Of a stretch of 32,000 nt of DNA, positions 16,686 to 23,655 are shown one piece after another. Numbering within the stretch: position 1 is the stretch's first letter; every line of letters starts with the position of its first letter. A program made the translations under genes and the position numbers. This DNA comes from Candidatus Arthromitus sp. SFB-mouse-Japan. GTDB taxonomy: Bacteria; Bacillota; Clostridia; Clostridiales; Clostridiaceae. Location: positions 330,001 through 362,000 of the forward strand of contig NC_015913.1 of assembly GCF_000270205.1 (NCBI RefSeq), in the 5' to 3' direction. Under the pieces are notes generated by a model that worked only from the letters and a program-made list of their open reading frames with translations, was not told the DNA's origin and did not search any database.

Positions 16686-17111
16686 ATGTCAAAACGCAAA
16701 AAGTCCTATGATAGAGCAGAATATGAAAATAATTATTATAATAATAGACTTATAGATAGTAATTATGTAGGTAATAATTTTAATCCATATTTAAATACTA
16801 AATTTCAATTTAATAATTTTAATGATATTTATAATAATTTGAATAATATTATGGATGTACTTAATAATGTAGATATTAATAATTTGAATAACATTTTTTC
16901 TTTATTATCTAATGGTTTTGATATTAATAATAATTTTAATGTTGAGAATAAAACGAATAATATATTTGATGAAATTCATAATAAAAATGAAATAATTATT
17001 AACTTTTTAAATTCTTTAAAACCTTTATTGGGAATTGAATTTGGTAATATAATAGATAGATTTATAGATTTTTATATGGAAGAAATAAATTCTGAGAAAG
17101 GTTGTATGTAA
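16686..17111 (+). CDS. Hypothetical Asn-rich low-complexity protein
   Basis: RBS AGGGGTG. 141 aa with repeated NN-x motifs (NNLNNIMDVLNNVDINNLNNIF) and a C-terminal helical segment LNSLKPLLGIEFGNIIDRFIDFY. Followed by a terminator. Confidence 0.5.
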   Translation: MSKRKKSYDRAEYENNYYNNRLIDSNYVGNNFNPYLNTKFQFNNFNDIYNNLNNIMDVLNNVDINNLNNIFSLLSNGFDINNNFNVENKTNNIFDEIHNKNEIIINFLNSLKPLLGIEFGNIIDRFIDFYMEEINSEKGCM

Positions 17112-17200
17112 ATTATTTTAAGATATGTATAATTTTATTGAAAATTGAAATAATATAAATGTAAATGGAGATGATATTTTTCTCCACTAATCCCCCTTTA

Positions 17201-17237
17201 ATAAGACCATCTTTTGTTGATGGTCTTATATTTTTTG
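17201..17237. terminator. Rho-independent terminator between convergent units
   Basis: ATAAGACCATC (17201-17211) pairs with GATGGTCTTAT (17219-17229), followed by ATTTTTT. It closes the plus-strand pair and may also serve the minus-strand trio. Confidence 0.7.
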
Positions 17238-17389
17238 TAGAGATTTTTATATTTATTATCATGGTGGAATAAAGTAAAGGATTTAGAGATATATAAATTT
17301 TAAAAAATTAGAAATTTATATTATATATTATACTTTATTGAATATGATGATTTTGTTTGGGATGTATATGTTTAAATATTTATCACATT

Positions 17390-17893
17390 CTACAGTTTTC
17401 TTATAGTGTTATTTGAATATATTAATGTTATTATTCTTGTTAAAAATAAATCGTATATTATAAATATAGTAGAAAATATGAGTATTCCTGTTAGCATAAT
17501 AAAAGGTGTTATTTTTATAGGAAAAAATAATTTAGAATACATAAAAAATATGGGTAAAAATATTACGTTAAAATATAGTATTTTAAGTGTAAGTTCAAGC
17601 TTTATATTATTTAATCTTTCTATGTAAAACTTTATTAAGGGATATGAACCGAAAAAGATAAAATATATAATACTATATTCAATTATACCTAATATTAAAG
17701 AGGATATTATAGATGATACCATTATTAACAATGAATGCTTACTTCCAAATTTTATTATCGATATGCAAATTAATAATGAGGATAAAGTTAATAAGCTTAA
17801 ATCTGCAGTTGATATTAACCTACATAATATAAAAAGCATTACTGTAAGAGATGTCATTATTGAGGATTTTGTTAATTTATGTGTATTTTTCAT
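17390..17893 (-). CDS. Small polytopic membrane protein, third gene of the coupled trio
   Basis: About 167 aa, almost entirely hydrophobic helices (roughly five). The ATG at 17891-17893 shares one base with the upstream stop (TAATG). The listed TTG start at 17902 is less likely. I recognise no family motif. Confidence 0.6.
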   Translation of the reverse strand: MKNTHKLTKSSIMTSLTVMLFILCRLISTADLSLLTLSSLLICISIIKFGSKHSLLIMVSSIISSLILGIIEYSIIYFIFFGSYPLIKFYIERLNNIKLELTLKILYFNVIFLPIFFMYSKLFFPIKITPFIMLTGILIFSTIFIIYDLFLTRIITLIYSNNTIRKL

Positions 17894-18471
17894 TAACAGC
17901 AAGTTATAAAATCACAGCCACAACATTCGCAACATGAATCTATACACCATAATGTACAACAAGTATCGCAGCATCCATATCCATGATTTGTAGTAACTCT
18001 TTTTGAATAGGTTTTTCTAAATTGATTGTTTATGTTTTCAAATGAGTTGTAAGCATTGCTATATTCGAAGTTATTGGGCTCTAAATTATATGCGATTTCA
18101 AAGTGATTTCTACTCTTATCATACCAGCCTTCTTTGTAGTATATCTGACCCATTAAATAATTCCATTCTGCATTTCTATCTTCAATTTTCCAAAGTTTAT
18201 TTTTTGCTTCATCTAGTTTGTTTAAATTTATCAATTCTCTAATTTGTGATAGTGATATTCTTTGATTATTAGGATTAATAAATAAATTATTCATTAAATA
18301 ATCGTAGGCACTGTTTAACTCTGAGATTTTTTTATTTATTTCTTCATAGTTTGAGCTGTTGTTAATAAGTTGTTCATTATATATATTAATTAAGTTTTTA
18401 TAGGAGGATTTTACTTGATCTAATGATGCATTTTCATGCAATTTTAATATTTCAAAATATTTTTTATACAT
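17893..18471 (-). CDS. Degenerate J-domain / TPR-like protein with a C-terminal cysteine string
   Basis: The N-terminus aligns by eye to J-domain helices I-III (KYFEILKLHENASLDQVKSSYKNLINIY...INKKISELNSAYDYLMN), but NEQ replaces HPD. TPR-like AEWNYLMGQIYYKEGWYDKSRNHFEIAYNLEPNN. Tail GCCDTCCTLWCIDSCCECCGCDFITCC. The start overlaps the upstream stop (ATGTATAA). Confidence 0.7.
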   Translation of the reverse strand: MYKKYFEILKLHENASLDQVKSSYKNLINIYNEQLINNSSNYEEINKKISELNSAYDYLMNNLFINPNNQRISLSQIRELINLNKLDEAKNKLWKIEDRNAEWNYLMGQIYYKEGWYDKSRNHFEIAYNLEPNNFEYSNAYNSFENINNQFRKTYSKRVTTNHGYGCCDTCCTLWCIDSCCECCGCDFITCC

Positions 18472-19375
18472 TCATAGACACTTCCTTTTTATTATTGCAA
18501 TTAAAGTTATTTATGATTTTATCTGTTTTAAAAGGCATTCCTAATTGTAGTATATTTTCAATTAAATCATAGTTTTTATTTAATTTCAAATACTTAAAAT
18601 TTTCAAGACAATTGTAGTTAACATGAGTTAAGAGTGGATAATATTTATCTTGTATTGACTTTTTAAATTTTTCTATGTTTATTTTTTCTTTTGTAATATT
18701 ATGTATATGAATTATGGGATTAAAGGAGCTAGTTTTGAGATCTTTTTCTATATCATTTAGTGAATCTATTATATATATCCATTTACCTAGACTGTAAGAT
18801 AGTCTATTTATATGTACTAGGGTTTTATTGTCGAAATCATTAAATTTACAATAAAAATTAAATATTTCTTTCATTAGATTGCTAAATGGATGTGCATATT
18901 CGTCTATTGATAAAATTTTATTTTTATTTTCAAGTTCTTTTAAATTTTTCAGATGATTATTTATTTTATGTTTAATATTATTAAGATAGTTTGGTAAATT
19001 TTGCATATATTTATTGGAAATTGGGAGAAGTATTTTTGAAAGTAAATTATTTTCATCATTAATATCGTCAACAATTTTATTATGTGTTAAAATTATATTT
19101 ATGTGACTTGAGTATTCTATGCTAGATATATTTTTCATTATATATTTTTTTTCAATTGGATGAATCAAGCATACCTTTTTTTCTATAACTGGTTTTTTAA
19201 TTGAGAAACTATCAAGGAATATAGCCATAAAAGTTATATCGAAATTAAGGCTTATTCTCGGGATATTTCCATAATTTTTTTTAATTGTGTGACATAGGCT
19301 ACAATAATAGCTTTTAAATGTGTTATAGTGTTTTAATTTTAAATCCATTTTAAATGGATATATATATCCAAACAT
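18464..19375 (-). CDS. DUF5685-like protein of unknown function with DDxxD and DxxxD Asp-rich motifs
   Basis: The N-terminus MFGYIYPFKMDLKLKHYNTFKSYYCSLCHTIKKNYG matches my recollection of the DUF5685 family. DDIND lies at aa 103-107 (nt 19055-19069) and IDSLNDIEKD at aa 203-212. The protein is largely helical and has no TM segment. Confidence 0.65.
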   Translation of the reverse strand: MFGYIYPFKMDLKLKHYNTFKSYYCSLCHTIKKNYGNIPRISLNFDITFMAIFLDSFSIKKPVIEKKVCLIHPIEKKYIMKNISSIEYSSHINIILTHNKIVDDINDENNLLSKILLPISNKYMQNLPNYLNNIKHKINNHLKNLKELENKNKILSIDEYAHPFSNLMKEIFNFYCKFNDFDNKTLVHINRLSYSLGKWIYIIDSLNDIEKDLKTSSFNPIIHIHNITKEKINIEKFKKSIQDKYYPLLTHVNYNCLENFKYLKLNKNYDLIENILQLGMPFKTDKIINNFNCNNKKEVSMNV

Positions 19376-19508
19376 TTTACATTAACCTTTCCTAACATTT
19401 TTTATCTTAAGAGTATAACATAAAAAAGTAATTATTAAATAAAAATTGTGTAATAAAAATAAATATTAAATTTATTAGATTAGATAATTTATTCGGAGGT
19501 GATGGTAT

Positions 19509-19673
19509 ATGGAATGTTATTTTTTGTCAACTTCGGTTGAAATTGTAGAATGCTTTAAAGAATGTGTTTATTATAATGTGAATAAAGAAAATCCAGCTGA
19601 AGATTGTCCTTTTGCACAGGTATTTAATGGGAAAAGTTATAGAGATTCAGATCAACAAGCTATAAATAATTAG
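19509..19673 (+). CDS. Small 4-Cys protein (54 aa; not in the ORF track)
   Basis: GGAGG lies 9 nt upstream of the ATG. Hand translation gives MECYFLSTSVEIVECFKECVYYNVNKENPAEDCPFAQVFNGKSYRDSDQQAINN*. An in-frame stop lies immediately upstream and a strong terminator follows. Confidence 0.5.
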   Translation: MECYFLSTSVEIVECFKECVYYNVNKENPAEDCPFAQVFNGKSYRDSDQQAINN

Positions 19674-19696
19674 TAAAAATCAAATTATTTACATAG

Positions 19697-19736
19697 AATC
19701 TAAGTATTTTTGATTTTAAAATACTTAGATTTTTTA
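19697..19736 (+). terminator. Rho-independent terminator
   Basis: AATCTAAGTATTTT (19697-19710) pairs with AAAATACTTAGATT (19718-19731), followed by TTTTT. Confidence 0.75.
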
Positions 19737-19782
19737 TAGATAAAATCATTTTAGTATTGTAATATTTATTTATATATTTATT

Positions 19783-20988
19783 TTGGAGTTGGTTATTTTG
19801 TTGAATAATATAGATTTTTTGAAAGAGGCTATAAACTTAAGAAATGAGATTATAAATCATAGAAGGCATTTTCATAAGCATCCTGAGATGGGATTCGAAG
19901 AGTTTGAAACGTGTAGAACAATATTAAATTATTTGAATCATTTGGGAATTGAAAATAAAGTTTTATCAGGAACAGGGATTGTGGCTATTATAAACGGGAA
20001 AGAGAAAGGAAAAACAATTGCACTTAGATCTGATTTGGATGCACTTCCAATTGACGATTTAAAAAATGTAGAATATTCATCAAAGATATCGGGTAAGATG
20101 CATGCCTGTGGACATGACGGTCATATTTCAATTTTAATGGGTGTAGCTAGAATACTTAATAATCATAAAGATAAGTTTAAAGGTAGTGTAAAACTTATTT
20201 TTGAGCCTGCTGAAGAAACTGTAGGTGGAGCTAAATTTATGATTAGAGATGGTGTTTTAGATAACCCTAAAGTTGATGCTATAGTGGGATTACATGTTTC
20301 TGAGCTTATAGACTCAGGATGTATTGGAATGAAATATGGAGTTGTTAATGCTGCTTCTAATCCATTTGAGATAATTATTAAAGGGAAAGGTGGACATGGA
20401 GCACATCCAGAAGATTGTATTGATCCTATAGTTGCTGCATGTAACATTGTTACATCTCTTCAAACTATTATAAGTAGAGAAATTAGTCCACACAATCCAT
20501 CTGTTTTAACTATAGGGAAATTTATTGGTGGGACGGCACCTAATATTATTCCTGAGGAAGTTAAACTTGAAGGAGTTATTAGAACTTTAACCAAAGAAGA
20601 TAGAGCAATGGTGATAAAGAGATTGAGGGAGATATGTAATGGTATTGCTGTGTCTATGAGGGTTAATGTTGAGGTTGAAATAGTAGATGGATACCCATGT
20701 TTGTATAATGATGATAAAATGGTATTTTTGGGAGAAAGAGTATTTAAAAAGGTAATAGGTGATGAAAATGTAATTATGGATATAAATCCATCTATGGGAG
20801 TTGAAAGTTTTGCATATTTCTCTCAAGAAGTGCCCTCACTTTTTTATTTTTTAGGTACAAGAAATATATCAAAAGGTATTATTCATCCAGCTCATGGAGG
20901 ATTGTTTGATTTAGATGAAGAAGGTCTTGTGCTCGGAGTTGCACTCCAAAGTGCGATAGCGTTTAGTTATTTAAATAATTTAGATTAG
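19783..20988 (+). CDS. M20-family amidohydrolase (N-acyl-L-amino acid amidohydrolase / hippurate hydrolase-like)
   Basis: RRHFHKHPE, MHACGHDGH, FEPAEE and GGHGAHPE motifs. The true start may be the TTG at 19798 or 19801, downstream of GGAG at 19785. Confidence 0.88.
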   Translation: MELVILLNNIDFLKEAINLRNEIINHRRHFHKHPEMGFEEFETCRTILNYLNHLGIENKVLSGTGIVAIINGKEKGKTIALRSDLDALPIDDLKNVEYSSKISGKMHACGHDGHISILMGVARILNNHKDKFKGSVKLIFEPAEETVGGAKFMIRDGVLDNPKVDAIVGLHVSELIDSGCIGMKYGVVNAASNPFEIIIKGKGGHGAHPEDCIDPIVAACNIVTSLQTIISREISPHNPSVLTIGKFIGGTAPNIIPEEVKLEGVIRTLTKEDRAMVIKRLREICNGIAVSMRVNVEVEIVDGYPCLYNDDKMVFLGERVFKKVIGDENVIMDINPSMGVESFAYFSQEVPSLFYFLGTRNISKGIIHPAHGGLFDLDEEGLVLGVALQSAIAFSYLNNLD

Positions 20989-20996
20989 GAGAAATA

Positions 20997-21986
20997 ATGA
21001 AACAGGAGATTAGAATTGGTGGTAATGAGAAGAACCAAAGATTAGATAAGTTTTTAAGGAAATTATTTAAAAATGTTGAATTAAATTTAATATTCAGGGA
21101 TATAAGAAAGGGGAATATACGAGTTAACGGTAAGAAACAAAAGATAAATTATAAGATACAAGAAAATGATATTTTGAGAATATTTGGATATTATTATAAG
21201 TTAGGTAATGATAGTCAAGGTATAGATACTGAAGAATATGTAGAATATAATAAACCAAAGATATGTTATGAAGATTCAAATATATTGGTTGTAGTGAAGA
21301 ATATTGATACTCTAGTTCATTCAGATGGTAACCGTGATACAAAAGATTTAAGTAAAGATGTTAGGATGTATTTGTCTAAGAAAAAAGATATTAATTTAAA
21401 TAATAATTTGATTTTTAATCCATCACCTGTAAACAGATTGGATAGAAATACTTATGGATTAGTTATATTTGGAAAAAATAATTTAGCTACAAGAGAGTTA
21501 TGTGAACTTATTAAGGATAGAATAATCTCTAAGTATTATAGAGTTCTTGTTGAAGGTAAAATAAAAGATGGGATTTATACTGCATACATAAAAAAGGATA
21601 GTAAATTGAATAAATCAATAGTATATAAGTATAAAATACCGGAATCCAAGGAAATACAAATGGAAGTTAGGGTTATTGATACAAATGGTGTAGTTAGTTT
21701 GTTAGAGATAAATTTAATAACTGGAAGAAGTCACCAGATAAGAAGCCACCTTCAATTTTTAAATAATCCAATAGTTGGAGATATAAAATATGGCAATAAA
21801 GGATTAAAGAACTATTTTTTCAACAAATATGGAGTACAAAATCAGTTGTTATTTGCATATAAATTGTCCTTTAATGGAATAGATGAAAATATGAGCATAA
21901 ATTATTTAAATAGTAAGGTGATAGTGGCACCGCTGCCGTCACAATTTAAAAGGATTATAAAACAGGAATTTAAAATTACAATTTAG
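20997..21986 (+). CDS. RluA-family pseudouridine synthase with an N-terminal S4-like domain
   Basis: S4-like RLDKFLRKLF...GNIRVNGKK. Catalytic-Asp motif NRLDRNTYGLVIF. TGRSHQIRSHL. Confidence 0.85.
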   Translation: MKQEIRIGGNEKNQRLDKFLRKLFKNVELNLIFRDIRKGNIRVNGKKQKINYKIQENDILRIFGYYYKLGNDSQGIDTEEYVEYNKPKICYEDSNILVVVKNIDTLVHSDGNRDTKDLSKDVRMYLSKKKDINLNNNLIFNPSPVNRLDRNTYGLVIFGKNNLATRELCELIKDRIISKYYRVLVEGKIKDGIYTAYIKKDSKLNKSIVYKYKIPESKEIQMEVRVIDTNGVVSLLEINLITGRSHQIRSHLQFLNNPIVGDIKYGNKGLKNYFFNKYGVQNQLLFAYKLSFNGIDENMSINYLNSKVIVAPLPSQFKRIIKQEFKITI

Positions 21987-21998
21987 AGGGATAGCACA

Positions 21999-23633
21999 AT
22001 GAAAGAACAATCTACTGGTAGGAGTTTTATATCTTTATCTTTTGCAAGTATTCTTGTAAAAATTATGTCCCTTTTATATGTTCCAATAATTATAAGAATA
22101 TTGGGAGATGAAGGATATGGGATTTATTTAGCTTCTTATGATATATTCAGTCTAATATATGTTATAACAAATTCTGGTATGCAAATCGCTATATCTAAGC
22201 AAATTGCTGAATTTGTTGCTATTAATGAATCGCAAAACATTTTAAAAGCATTTCAGATTGGGAATAGGATCCTATTTATTATAGGTTTTGTAGGTTCCAT
22301 TGTTTTATTTTTAATTGCCAAACCAATTTCTTCATTGATAGGTAGTGAAAGAGCATATTTAGGAATTTTATTTCTATCTCCAACTATATTTTTCACATCT
22401 ATATTAGCGGGGTATAGGGGATTATTTCAAGGTATATCAAATATGACACCCATAGCATTATCTCAAGTGCTTGAACAAATATGTAATATTTTTATAAGTA
22501 TATTTTGTGCGTCGATGCTGGTAAATAATAGTTTAGAATTAGGAGCTGCAGGAGGTACAGTTGGTACTACAGTTGGTGCGATTATAGCTATTATATTTTT
22601 ATGTATGACTATGAGGAAACAAAGAATATTGTATAATTTGAACATATCGGTGCCATATTTAAATTGTGAACTTGAGAGGAGAGAAAGCGATTCTACAAAA
22701 GATATAATATTTACATTTTTTAAATATGGTATACCTGTAATATTGACATCTGGAATACAGTATGTGGGGGCTGTTATAGATTTAGCTCTTGTTAAAAATA
22801 GACTTATGTTTGCTGGTTTTGATTACTCAACAGGGGATATTTTATATGGGTTACTTGGGAAATATAAAACTCTTATATATGTACCACTTGCTATTATTGC
22901 GGCTTTATCTGCAGCAGTTATACCTAGTTTGGTTAAATCTGTCGTACTTAAGGATAGAAATAATTTATTTAAAAAAATAAGATTTGCATTAAAGACAAGT
23001 TTATCAATATCAATACCTTCGTGTGTTGGATTAGCTTTGTTAAGTAGACCGATATATCTTATTTTATTTTCTACAGAGTATAGTAGTGGATATACCTTAA
23101 TGCTTTATGGATCTAGTCTTGTAGTATTTATGTCTATTGTGCAAATTCAAACTACTATACTTCAAGGATTAAACAAATTTTATTCGGTATTTACAAGTTT
23201 ATTTATTGGTGTCTTATTAAAATTATTGAGCAATTATTTTTTAGTTGGCATACCGAGTATAAATATAAATGGGGCTATTATAGGGAGTATAGTTGGATTT
23301 TTAGTACCTATGATTATAAATGGTATATTGATTAAAAAATATATAGGATTTAAGGGTATGGGTTTAATAAATAGTATAAAGCCATTCATTTCTTCTATTG
23401 TGATGGGTATTTTTATAATAATATTTTATAAATTTAATTCATTTTTATTTATGAATAATAATTCTATTATAATTAAATATTTAACTTTTGGTTTAGTAGT
23501 GATATTTGGATGTATAGTATATTTTGTATTTATAGTTGTTTTGAGATATTTTAATAAGGAAGATTTGGAATTTATACCTTCGTCTATTATTAGAATTATA
23601 CCTAAAAAAATAATGAGTAAATTCTTTAATTAG
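21999..23633 (+). CDS. MOP-superfamily flippase (MurJ/YtgP-like polysaccharide or lipid II flippase)
   Basis: 544 aa with about 14 hydrophobic helices. N-terminus ASILVKIMSLLYVPIIIRILGDEGYGIYLASYDIF..MQIAISK is typical of the YtgP/SpoVB family. Confidence 0.75.
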   Translation: MKEQSTGRSFISLSFASILVKIMSLLYVPIIIRILGDEGYGIYLASYDIFSLIYVITNSGMQIAISKQIAEFVAINESQNILKAFQIGNRILFIIGFVGSIVLFLIAKPISSLIGSERAYLGILFLSPTIFFTSILAGYRGLFQGISNMTPIALSQVLEQICNIFISIFCASMLVNNSLELGAAGGTVGTTVGAIIAIIFLCMTMRKQRILYNLNISVPYLNCELERRESDSTKDIIFTFFKYGIPVILTSGIQYVGAVIDLALVKNRLMFAGFDYSTGDILYGLLGKYKTLIYVPLAIIAALSAAVIPSLVKSVVLKDRNNLFKKIRFALKTSLSISIPSCVGLALLSRPIYLILFSTEYSSGYTLMLYGSSLVVFMSIVQIQTTILQGLNKFYSVFTSLFIGVLLKLLSNYFLVGIPSININGAIIGSIVGFLVPMIINGILIKKYIGFKGMGLINSIKPFISSIVMGIFIIIFYKFNSFLFMNNNSIIIKYLTFGLVVIFGCIVYFVFIVVLRYFNKEDLEFIPSSIIRIIPKKIMSKFFN

Positions 23634-23655
23634 GAATTTACTCATTATTTTTATT
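23605..23655. terminator. Bidirectional terminator between the convergent flippase genes
   Basis: ATGAGTAAATTC (23613-23624) pairs with GAATTTACTCAT (23634-23645), flanked by an A-run upstream and a T-rich run downstream. It overlaps the 3' end of the plus-strand gene. Confidence 0.55.

Noticed and set aside
16686-17111. Repetitive AAT-rich DNA, considered as a possible tandem repeat, CRISPR array or contingency locus.
   Set aside because: The repeats are irregular and in-frame (Asn codons) within an ORF that has an RBS and a terminator. There is no spacer/repeat periodicity.
17406-18242. Plus-strand ORFs 17406-17627 and 18042-18242, antisense to the trio.
   Set aside because: They have no RBS. 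They interrupt the tightly coupled minus-strand genes, whose start/stop overlaps argue for the minus-strand reading.
20163-21342. Minus-strand ORFs 20163-20447, 20587-20826 and 21124-21342.
   Set aside because: They are antisense to the M20 amidohydrolase and pseudouridine synthase genes, both of which carry diagnostic motifs.
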